This document shows positions 45,017 to 55,573 of a stretch of DNA of 55,573 nt, piece by piece. A program made the position numbers and the translations under genes. Numbering within the stretch: position 1 is the stretch's first letter; every line of letters starts with the position of its first letter. The notes under the pieces were generated by a model. That model saw only the letters and a program-made list of their open reading frames with translations. It searched no databases and was not told the origin of the DNA. This stretch comes from Nemertoderma westbladi (Eukaryota > Animalia > Xenacoelomorpha). The stretch covers positions 1 to 55,573 of the forward strand of contig JAUCBJ010004679.1 in the NCBI GenBank assembly GCA_032718475.1, read 5' to 3'.

Positions 45017-46395
45017 TTTTTTTTTTTTTAGTAACGATACATACATTTATTATAATAATCTTAAATCATAAATTAAAAAGATGTGCACCAAAAATAACAA
45101 AATTAATTCCGCCACCACACAAATATCATCGGGCCTACCACCAAAGCACCGGAAGGATATGTTGGAGCTCAGAGGCAAGGGATCAGTACCGATCAGGAAG
45201 GTCAGACCCCCGCAGACCGGCACCATCCCCAAATCCGAGCGCCCTCCATGGCCGCCTACCACCACGCAGGCACAGGGAGCTCGAGCGCAGAAGCGCGAAC
45301 TGTAAGCGCCTCCGCACTCCCCCTAACACACAAGCGAGGCCTCGCTTGCGCATCCCCCGCTGCCGGGCCACGAGGGTCTCAGCGAGGTGGGGGATCAGAA
45401 TATCGGCCTCCTTGCACCACACCCCGTCGGTGGTTCCGACTAGGGGGGTGAAGGAGATCCGACGATCTTCGCACACCCCGCTGTAGTGGACCATCTTGGA
45501 ACGAACTCGCTGCTCGAGTACGGAGTCCACGGACCGATTAACGTATGAGGGGGCGTCGGCGTTAACAATCGCAATGTCGAAAGACGCCACCCTCTGTTCG
45601 GCCCAGACTCCCCTCGCCAGGAGATCCGCCCTAACTCCACCCACCTCGCGGCCCTGTCTGTCCAGGTAGCCGGACGCCAACGTAACCTCCCGCTGGATGC
45701 ATGAGCCCCCGAATGCGGACGCAATGAGGTCCCCGAACACCTCCCTCACCTCGTTGTGCCGCTTTATGATCAGGCCCCCCGACTTGCAATTAAGGGCATG
45801 GGACGTCGAGAACGACTCCCCACACCCCTCGCACTTTGCCAGGAGGCCCGGCGGCGTCCGTCCATACCTCAAGGCGAGGTTGTCCCGGAACACCTCTGGG
45901 TCGAGGTCAGTGTGGTCGACCATAGAGGGCTGCGCCGTCAACCATCCCCCAGTCTTATGGGACATCGTACGTTCGACGGTGCGTCGTCGTTCCGAGGGAA
46001 TGGCTTGGAGTGCGCTCATCTGTATCACCTTGTAGGCCGCATCCTGAGTGATCCGGCTCTCGGCGAGGGCGGAGGCGAGACAGGCTGCGTGGTCCGCGAC
46101 ATGGAGGGGGTGACCCGTAGTCATGGCGTCAACCGTTCCAGCGAGAGATGCCTCACGGGCGGGGCCACGGCGCACCGTCGGATCACGGATCCCAATGCCG
46201 CCATGTCGAACTGGGAGGAGGGGCAACTCCTCGTCGACAGACCCAGGCAAACCAAACAGAGCCGGGATAAACTGGCGCAACAGTGCCGAACGGATGGGCG
46301 CCACATCCTCCACCTCTGTGTCCACCACCCGCAACAGGTAATCCCACTCTGCCTGAACACAGCGGGTCAACCCAGTGTGGGCGGTCTGGGGCGTT
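45017..46395 (-). mobile_element. CRE-like non-LTR retrotransposon 3' part with restriction-like endonuclease
   Basis: Uninterrupted ORF: LPVRHGGIGI, GGWL, FRDNLALRYG, CEGC..HALNC zinc motif, RHNEVR, RADLLARGVW..FDIAIV..K..HY..FTPLV; GC-rich; poly-A on the minus strand at ~45017-45029. Confidence 0.85.
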
Positions 46396-48060
46396 AAAAT
46401 AACGGAACTGAGAACGGAGAAACTAAATTTGAGAGCATTCACAGTAATATCTATAATATAATAAATACTACTGTAGACTGTAGTACTATCTAATGGTGAA
46501 TATCAGAAGTTAATAACATATCAAGTAATAATATCGAGCTTAATTCAACCGGCCTTCGTCGACCTTTCAGCACTTCCTATACATCCAGAAATGCGGTGAC
46601 GAGAAGTTCCGTCTGGATCTTCCTAGCCAACCAGGATCCCATCACATAAATTAGGAATTTAATAAATTTATTATTACGGCTTTACCAAAAGCGGCAAATA
46701 TATAATAACTTTGTCGGACGTTACATGTTGGATGTTACGAGACTAATTCTACTGTATAATATATGCCTGTGAAATGCCTTGTATTCTATGTGTTTGCACA
46801 GTACTGCGGTTCTTAGACCATTCTTTATCAATTTAAAATAAATCGATACAAGTAACTGCTACAAAGTTATTGAATAAAATGTTCAATAAAGTGTCGAATG
46901 TTACAAACATTATAAGCAAAGTTTTACACTGAATAAGTTAGGTATGTGTGACCAAGGGAATGTCAGATTTGGATTTTCCCAGTATATTCAGTATGTTATT
47001 ATTATGGCACTTATTTAGTGGCAATAAACGCAAATAATTTACAAAGATTATTTTAAATAACTCACTTTTGACTACTCATTTTCATAACTCAAGTAAGTTT
47101 TATAGTACATTTTAGTGATGTTATTATACCACAAACTTGAATTTTTTGCCAGATTTGAAAAATTCAGTAATTGTGTTAGAGGAGACATAAATTCCAACCG
47201 ATTATGAAGAGGTTGTGTTTACTCGAAAATGTCTCCAAACTTATGGAATTTCCCAATAACGAAATCCATCACCTACCAATACCTATTCCAGTATTCACGG
47301 TTTGTCAGACAACATGCCTCTCTCCCCACCACCAAATCCCTATCAGAATGTACAGTACTGTAGGCATAGGCCTATTGAACCTGGTTTGCCTTTTTACCAA
47401 AGGTAGCTCACCAAGGCCCACTCTAAAGCAAGTTTGTGTGTTACTTTACTGCCTCCTAAACTGTAGAGATTGCTCTTGTATGAATTTCCAACGACCGTGC
47501 ACATAAATTACGTTGCCGTGGATACTTTTTGCTTCCGATTTGGTAAGAAAGATTCTCAATTTTCCTACAAGAGTGATGTTATCTCACGTCTCTGATTGGT
47601 GAATTTTGCTTAAGTGACATACGGAATTCTAAACGCATACTCACTTCTTGTCACATACACAACCTTTATTCTCGGTATGATCAAAGAGGAATCCTGCACT
47701 GTTTTATTGCACAGTAAGTAGAACTGCAGTATTTTTTCTCACAGAATTCTACGGTTCCTTTATACAGTACTATATACACTGTAGAAAATATATATAATTT
47801 TCTTTACTAAATATAAGTTAATGGACCTATTTGGTCCCAAATATTTACTACACAATTGATGTGAAGGAAAAAACTATATTGTAGTTTTATTATTTGATGT
47901 TAATACAGTACAGTATTATTATATGAAAATTAAATAATGATTATAAATATGATTGAATCTGACCACTAAAATGGCCAATAAGTATTGTTCGAGCATTTTT
48001 ATCGATTCCGCATTTCGTTATCAAGCTAAGCTTAAAAAAATGAAATCAGTAAGGGGATCG

Positions 48061-48141
48061 TTACTACTACTATGTGTAGTGCTATGTCGAGCGAACTCAG
48101 TGGAAATGAGATACTTCCAGGCTTCCCGATTCTCCATAGTT
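48061..48141 (-). mobile_element. Very short 3' fragment of RTE-A
   Basis: tcgagcgaactc..agtggaaatgagat..ttccaggcttcccgattctccatagtt matches 8434-8492, with a (TAC)n tail. Confidence 0.75.
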
Positions 48142-48383
48142 TTGTGTATCGAACATTAATTACCATATATATATTGTACGAAGTGTTTACATGCAGTACA
48201 TAAAGACATAAAAACCTTTTTACCTTAAAATACCTTTTTTGTTAAAGACGGCCAAGTACGGTAGGGTTGAGCACAGTGGCAGCAAATCATGGTATTGGCA
48301 GATGTGAGGCCATGATGAGGTTAATTGCGGCATACTGTACAAGGTATCTGGTAGTATTTCCAGGTATACCTTTTACTTGAGCC

Positions 48384-48420
48384 GCTGCACTAGCTGAATG
48401 GTTAGAGCATCAGATTTCCA
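48384..48420 (+). other. tRNA-like 5' half (possible SINE head remnant)
   Basis: tagctgaatggttagagc resembles a Pol III A box/D arm; no T arm or B box follows. Confidence 0.25.
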
Positions 48421-49396
48421 ACAAAATAATTTATAAATAAAAATATAAATAAAATAAATTATAATAATAAAAAGACATGGGGCACTCAAAATATTGTTTC
48501 CCTATGAAACCAACAACTTTACACAATGCGAGGACTGCGCCTTGAAATATTTCTCTAAGACGTCATACTGTACAAATATATAATTATTATAATTACGCCT
48601 ATTGCATTATTGGTGGTAACTGGTAGGCCTACCAGTACAATAGGGTGGACTACAGTACAAAGTTTAGTCGGGATATAAACTCCCATTGAGGATCTACTGT
48701 AATGTCCCCCGTGATATAAAGTTCGGAGGGAGACCCTAAATATCGGTCAGTTGGGCCACTTATTTTATCATACTTATTTTACAGTTTTCTAGGAGATGAT
48801 ACCATTTCTCAATCTTTTGGTGCTCTTTTCCAAATTGGCCAATTAGCCAAATTGGGATATAATTTGGTATACTGTAGGACTACAGTTCCCAATTTCAACC
48901 AGTGTCAACTTTTCGGTCTGTTTATGAGATTCAGCCATATATTTGTTATGATATACTGTACACAATTTTCTTGGTGGTTGGTTGGCTTTTCCTCCTATTG
49001 AGCAGGATTATTGAATGCCATGCCTGGGCTGATTGACTGATTGATTGCTATCATCGACATTATTAATGGCATAATTGATAGGCTCCTTCAGATTATCAGA
49101 GTACTGCCTGTTAAGGAACCTAGATGCAGCCTTCCTGCATCCTTGGCTGTCCCTGTCCTCGTTGCCCGCGCCGGTGAGACTCATTATGCGCCTTAGAGGG
49201 CTCATTTCGGGACCACTGAATTCTGTGGTCAGTCCAGGGGCCTTTTCTCCTATGTCGAGGGTAGATACTGTTGTAACTGTAAGAATTGCTCCTGGGGTTC
49301 TGAAATTAGAATTTAGGTGTGTACTGATTGGTTAATGTAGAGTAAGACGTAATGTGTTCGTTTAGTCAAGTACTGTAGTTATTTTGTGTGTGTGGG

Positions 49397-50660
49397 ACTA
49401 CTATTAGGATTGGCATGCTGCATTGCAGCTGCATTTTTAAGAATGCTGTGCCGGCATGTCGACAAAATTGCGCCGCCACAACTCCCTATCACCCATGACA
49501 TTTGCTAGATGATCTCCATCGTTAAGGCCAGTGTCCTTTAAGATACGTCTCAAGGAAGTCATGAGCTGTCCACCATGCTTATTCACTCCATGAGGCTGCC
49601 AAAGCACAAGATTATGCACTGGCTAGTCCTCATGGCGAAAACAATGACCTGCAAAGCAGAGGCGACTTTGTTCTATGTCAAGCTTGGGGGAACCAATGAG
49701 ACACCTCCAATGTTATATAGTGTCTGGTTGGAGATGTGTGCATTGTACTTGACACAATGAACCCGGCGTAGCATTCTTGTGAATGTGCCATTCCGAGATT
49801 TGGTGTCCTCAGCAGTTAGAGCCCAGACAGATCAGATCACAACAACAGATCAGCAGGCCAGACTCGATGTATCGGTATCGGGGTTTTGGGGTAGTCGCTA
49901 TCAGAAAACTTTTATCGATGTTTCCGTATTTAACCCGCTGGCAGAAACCAATGCAGCAATGAATTTAGAGGAAGCCCATCAATAAATACCACGAGCGACG
50001 GAAGCAGCTAAAATATGAGGAGCGTATCCATGAAGTCGAGTTCTCACCTTTTACACCCGTCATATTCTCTGCATTTGGAGGGATGGCGCCGACAACACAG
50101 CAGTTCGTGAAGCGGTTGTCCCTAAAGATTGCGGACAAACGTGGCATCAGCTACCCGGAATGTGTGTCATGGATGTGGAGGCATCTCAGTTTCTCTCTTC
50201 TGAGATCTTCTCTAATGTGCCTTCGTGGGTCCCGCTCCTCAAGCAGACGTCCGGTTCACAACGAAATTGCGGAGACATCCATCATGCTGTCAAATGTTGA
50301 CACAGCAACCGCAATTCCGGTTCAATCGTAAACAGGGGGCAGCTTGATTCAAACAGTACTGCAGTAGGCCAAACTGTACTAAGTACGGTACTGTTGGTGT
50401 TGCTTGGTGACGGGTGGTGACGTAGGCTACGTTAGGCTACGTAGTTACAATGTTAATGGATTATTTTCGTTATTAAAAAAATGAAAAATAAATAAAAAGT
50501 TAGAGCCCAGCATGGACTCCCATTGAGGAGTACTGGAACTACTGCTGCTCTAAATAATCAGACCTTAAGTTTCCGATTAATTCTCGGTGACTTCCAAATC
50601 CTGGAAAGCCTATTCAAGGCTGCCCATGCCTTTCCCTTACGTATTCGAAGGTCCTCACTT
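49397..50660 (-). mobile_element. Second RTE-B fragment, interrupted by a CRE-like insertion
   Basis: 49405-49826 and 50511-50618 match 32746-33277; extends further 5' (SEDLRIRKGKAWAALNR). Confidence 0.9.
49827..50497 (+). mobile_element. CRE-like LINE 3' fragment (second family)
   Basis: 13-bp TSD agttagagcccag (49814-49826 / 50498-50510); A-rich tail; ARLDVSVSGFW..FIDVSVFNP..KYEERI..FTPVIFSAFGGM..LSFSLLRSSLMCLRGSR. Confidence 0.88.
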
Positions 50661-52189
50661 ACTAACTTACTCAAACTAAACAATGGCGCCACAGTTTGAG
50701 TTAGGCTGTCCTACAACAGTGCCATACTCTGCATTACTGTACCTGTATGGAATGGATAATTACTCTGCTTGAGTGAGACACCACATGGGGCCTCTGTCTG
50801 CTGCTTGGGATCTTGATTTATTAGGTTGAGTTGCATAATCTGGACAGGCCGGCTTGTAGTGTGTATCATAAAAGACATGTCAATCACGCCGTTCTTTTGA
50901 GTAGGCTTTATTAAAATATGTTATGTGAAGAGCAGAGTTTTATATAAGGGATTGGGCTATTAAATCACAGCTCGCTGCATGAATGCTACAGTAGTGGGGG
51001 GTTACGCGAGTTTGGGTTTGAGTTTGAGTAACCCAGACATGTTTGAGTTAGTAAGAGTGAGGTAAGAGAAAAGGTACCCAGTTTGAGTAACGGTATCTAG
51101 AATGAGATAGGGACTGTATCCCCACTCTTGTATATGGGAAAAATTGTTGCTTGTTTTCGGATATTTGAAAAGTAGTACTAACCAGTTCTTGTGTTTATAA
51201 AATTTGTGATTTGTGGGACATGGCCATACAATGCAATTTACAGTGATAGAGCAACAGGATAGTTATCTTTTAGTTGAGCAATTATTTCTTAAGTTTAAGA
51301 TGTTATATTTTTTTCGGTTTCGGACGTTTGGGAAAGGAAAAATGGGAGTTTAGGAAACTAGAATGGTGATTGGACGTAGTTCTTTTGTCAAATGGGTAAT
51401 GGGTCAGTGTGTTCTTGTAGTAGTTTTAAGTTTTTGGTGTATAAAGTGGTTTTGTCTTACAAAGTTTATACTGTAGTTTGCCAAGTGTTCATCGTATTAT
51501 TTTGGTGTTTTTTGATAGAGCCAAGTATGACTTTGTTGTCAGTCTTAGTATATTTGAAAGTTTGTTGCGGTATTTTTGTAGTAATATAATTTTCTGGAGT
51601 AATTTGTGTTTCTTACCTAAGGAGGCATATTATATATTTTTTATTTATTGAATTAATAAATTAAACATGGTTTTCAGTCATCCATTTATTTTTTGGTGTT
51701 TCCTTTTTTTATAGTTATTTTTTTGGAACATTGGTTATTTCTTTCTTTTCAATCTGATGAAACTTTGCAGATTTAAACTAAACCATACTTTAGCTGTGTC
51801 AATCGAAGGAGGCTAATCCGTCTGCAGTTCCCTACTCTACCGCCAGGGGAATAAATGTCTGAAAGTTTAAATCCTTGACCCATTCCCTTATTTTTGATCT
51901 GTTCCAGCTCCTGAGATGTGCTAGAACACATCCTGTGTCTTTGTGGGGTCGATAATTGGTCTGAGGTTCTCCTCTCTTCTGCTAGAGCGCAAAATTATGG
52001 GATAGTAAAGTCATATTAGTCAACTAAAGGCTCTCCCCAAGAAAGGAGACCTCGGCATACCAACAAACTATCGTGGGATCTGTCTGCTTGTGGTAGCTGC
52101 CAAAATATACAATAAAATGATTCTATATAGGATTAGGCCTCACATAGAGAAACTACTGCGTAAGAGCCAAAACGGATTTCGACCAAGTA

Positions 52190-54130
52190 CAATCGGGGTC
52201 TCAAAGTGCATCTGTTCTTTGAGATTTTCTAAGTTTTTCTAAAAGTGTCTAAAAGTCATTACATTACTCCCAACGGCCGCTTTGAATTCTTGTAGACACT
52301 TTTAGTTGGGAATCTCAAAGTGATTTCCTGCTTTTAGGCACTTTGAATTCTTTGAGAAATGTCACTTTGAGGTAGTTTGCGGCACTTTTAATTCTTTGAG
52401 AAAATAAACTCCGAGGTATTCCTGATTGACAGCTCGTGGTAAGTTAACTGAGAGGCAGAGGCATTCTCGGGGAACAATATTATGCGGGCAACAAAGTGAT
52501 ACTTGTGTGCTGGCCAGTTGTTGCATAGAAGCTATATTCCCATTAATTTATCAAATTGAGGTTCCTGAGGTCATTACGGGATGGGTTTTCGGTCGCAAGT
52601 ACAAATTGAATTTAGGGCACCCTAAAGTCTTTCTAAAAAACATTCATTCAAATAATACATGAAACATAATTAGTGAAACAAGATAAATGCTTGACAAGAT
52701 TGATTATTTTAATAACATAATACAATATCAGATTAACAATTAATATAAGAGAAACTGCACTGTAGTATCTCTGTGTATATGCAGTTTCATTATAATGACC
52801 TAAAGAAGCCCTGTTGGGAGAAAGCTTGTAATAACATTTGTTATTCATTTCATTAGTCACCTCAGGTCAAACCGTACTACCTTAACTGTTTAATTAATAT
52901 GATAACTATGTTGACGAGAGCGCGAGAATTCCTTCTTAAAAACTAAGAAAGGCTTTCGACTTTCAAGTACGATAGAACGGCTACAATCTTGTATTGTTTT
53001 AGCTTAATAGAGATATTAAAATATACCCTGCCGCTGCCGCTGGCGTTTATATTTGAGCATATTTTAAATGTTTGCCTCATATTCAATTGATGTGTACCGC
53101 CTTCTGGCAAAGCGGCACCCAGTTTAAAGTATCAATCACAGCTAGTGAGTAGCGACAGGTGCAGAGTCGGAAAGAACTGTCACATGCTTTGCTTGGCTTG
53201 TGGTACCATTTGATTACATAATAGATTTTGGCAGACTGGGCGGTCGCTCTGGCCATATGCATTGCGCACCAACAATGCCTAAAACATCTATGGGAACAGC
53301 CAATTAGTGCGCTTGAATCATTTATCTTTATTCCTGCCTCTATCGTTATTCTTTACTTTGTATAACACAATTTACAGTGCGGCAAAGTATGGCTGGTTGA
53401 CCATTGAAATGCATTGGTAAAGGTATTCGGCGTTCACGTGGGCTAAACAAATTTAAACAGTACAGTTTTGGCACTATACATTAATATAGATAGGGCAACA
53501 GACAAACTGTCTAAGACACAAATACCAACACAATCTGATAGCCCGCAATTATGGCGTCTCTAAAGAGTCCAAATATAAATTAATAAAATCCTCTATGAAA
53601 CAATAAAAATACCTACAAAAAATACTGCTGTATTAAATATTAGTTACTGCAGTAACATATAATAATTACTGCAGTAACAAATATTTATTACTGCAATAAT
53701 AAATATTAATAAATAATTTAATAACAATTTATACTGCAGTAATCAATATTAATAAATAATTGAATAAAAATTTATACTGCAGTTACAAATTATTTGTTAC
53801 TGCAGAAAAAGACAATTTTTTATTACTGCAGTAAGTTTAATTCTTACTTTCAGTAACAAATATTTATTACTGCAGTATTTTTTGGAGGCATCTTTATTGT
53901 TTCATAGAGGTTTTTATTACTTATATTTTACCCTATAGTCAAAGTCAATATACCCCATACCATAGACAGCTTCAGGCAGGACTGTATGAAATGACTGACA
54001 GTACTACTTTGAAATCTTTGAAATCTTTGAGGACACTTTGTCATTTTCTTGGACCACTTTTAGAAATTTGAGACACTTTTAGTTCTTTGAGAAAATCTCA
54101 AAGAACAGATGCACTTTGAGACCCCGACTG
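52190..54130. mobile_element. Non-autonomous Tc1/mariner-type DNA transposon (1941 bp)
   Basis: TA TSD (52188-52189 / 54131-54132); 41-bp TIR ca(a/g)tcggggtctcaaagtgcatctgttctttgagattttct with 1 mismatch; subterminal cacttt repeats; removing it restores the RTE sequence; no transposase ORF seen. Confidence 0.9.
53571..53928. repeat. Foldback/MITE-like inverted repeat with internal ttactgcagtaa palindromes
   Basis: Left arm aaatataaattaataaaatcctctatgaaacaataaa mirrors right arm tttattgtttcatagaggtttttattacttatattt; many actgcagt copies between them. Confidence 0.7.
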
Positions 54131-55294
54131 TAGATCAACAATAGCTCAGATACTTGCACTACGGAGACTGATTGAAGGAATTAAGTCAAAGAATCTCCCC
54201 GCTGTCATGACTTTTGTGGACTTCAAGAAGGCATTCGACTCCATCCATAGAGGTAAAATGCTTGAAATCCTAAGAGCTTATGGAATACCAGAAGTAATTG
54301 TTGCGGGCATTGGATTGTTATATTGTGACCCAGAAGCGCAGGTACTCTCACCAGATGGTGAAACTGACTTTTTCTCAATCCTGGCTGGCGTACTGTAAGG
54401 TGACACATTAGCACCATTACTATTTGTAATTGTGCTGGATTACTCAATGAGGACGGCCACAAAGGGTGAAGATCTGGGATTCACACTTCAAGAACGCATA
54501 AGTAGTAGATATCCGGCAACTACAGTCACAGACACCGACTTTGCGGATGACATCGCCCTGCTCTCTAATACGCTAGCAGATGCACAGCTTCTACTAAATA
54601 AAGTGGAGAGGGCTGCTAAGGAGGTTGGATTGCATATAAATGCTACAAAGACCGAATTCATGACCTTTAATGTTGATGGAAACTTGACAACCATTGATAA
54701 TAATCAACTAAGGAAGGTCGATGACTTCCAGTACCTTGGATCATGGATAGAGAGTAGCAAAAAGGACATAGAAGTTAGGAAAGCAAAGGCTTGGGTAGCT
54801 CTATCAAAAATGGATACCATCTGGAAATCAGATCTCTCCAGGCACCTGAGCACTAAGTTCTTTCGAGCCACAGTGGAAAGCGTATTTTTATACGGGGGTG
54901 AGACCTGGACACTGACTAAATCACTTGAACAACGAATTTATGGTTGCTACACAAGACGACTACTAAGGGCAGCCCTAAACATCAGCTGGAGACAACACAT
55001 GACAAACGCCGAGCTTTATGGTACAATACCACCTGTATCAACCACCCGCCGTGAACGCAGATTAAGATTCAGTGGGCACTGCTGGCGAAGTAAAGACGAG
55101 GTCATACCAGATCTACTTCTCTGGCAACCAACTCATGGAAAGCGTAGTCGTGGACAACCGGCCATAACATATATAGAAATTGCATACATAGAAAATAACA
55201 TAACGAAATTGCGACAACTATGGAGAATCGGGAAGCCTGGAAGGATCTCATTTCCACTGTCCGAGTTCGCTCGACCTAGTAGTAGTAAAGTCAT

Positions 55295-55341
55295 ATCTGA
55301 ACCTATCTGAACCCAATCTGAACCCAATCTGGACCCAATCT
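55295..55341. repeat. Short 10-11-bp tandem repeat (aatctgaaccc)
   Basis: Four imperfect copies. Confidence 0.7.
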
Positions 55342-55573
55342 CGAGAATTATACCAAATCTGAATCGGAAATAGAAAGAGGGGTGAAAATTTTAAATTTTT
55401 GCATTAACAATTTTGAAATTTGAAAAAATATTACATACAGTATCCCTTTTCATATTTAAATTCGCGGGCAGCCGCAGCACTACTGCTATATTGGGGACTG
55501 CAGTTACTGCAGTGTAGTGCTGTTTCAGTCGTTCAGTCGTTAACATTATAGCTCACCTCTACCGATGGGCGGT

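Larger units (their letters stand above)
52017..55282 (+). mobile_element. RTE-A copy, 5'-truncated, split by a DNA transposon
   Basis: 14-bp TSD tagtaaagtcatat (52003-52016 / 55283-55296); (TAG)n tail; RT ORFs 54207-54398 and 54432-55310 near-identical to the copy at 8421-9917. Confidence 0.93.

Noticed and set aside
47150-47700. Possible decayed coding or transposase fragment (ORF 47204-47506)
   Set aside because: No recognisable motif in the frames I read; cannot be supported without a search.
48384-48420. Functional tRNA gene
   Set aside because: Only a D-arm/A-box-like half; no T arm, B box or acceptor stem.
49008-49335. Short ORFs on both strands next to RTE-B
   Set aside because: No domain recognised; possibly an old LINE remnant but unsupported.

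Overview
AT-rich, intron-containing animal (probably invertebrate) genomic DNA. It is almost entirely a pile of nested, mostly decayed transposable elements, next to one host gene: two exons of a rhodopsin-family 7TM GPCR (3750-3883 and 4787-5396). The elements are two related BEL/Pao LTR elements (A1 ~9918-22027 and A2 ~32479-44974), a second BEL family nested in A2 (36738-43418), a divergent LTR element with a 4-bp TSD (23964-28871) inside a TTAA piggyBac-type non-autonomous element, a CsRn1-type Gypsy fragment, RTE, L2 and CRE non-LTR fragments, a TA-flanked Tc1/mariner-type non-autonomous element and several minisatellites. Family A is the most unusual. (1) Its primer-binding position has no TGG tRNA site and is perfectly complementary to a 10-nt segment of its own LTR, the geometry of Tf1-type self-priming. 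(2) A1 carries an extra ORF after pol encoding a WRN/RNase D-like DEDD 3'-5' exonuclease plus three CCHC knuckles. (3) Both copies keep a structured 3' block next to the PPT and a PPT-like, hairpin-flanked element right after pol, even though A2 has lost pol and the extra ORF. All protein assignments come from motif recognition by eye and no database searches were run. Frameshifts at long G/C homopolymers may be sequencing artefacts.
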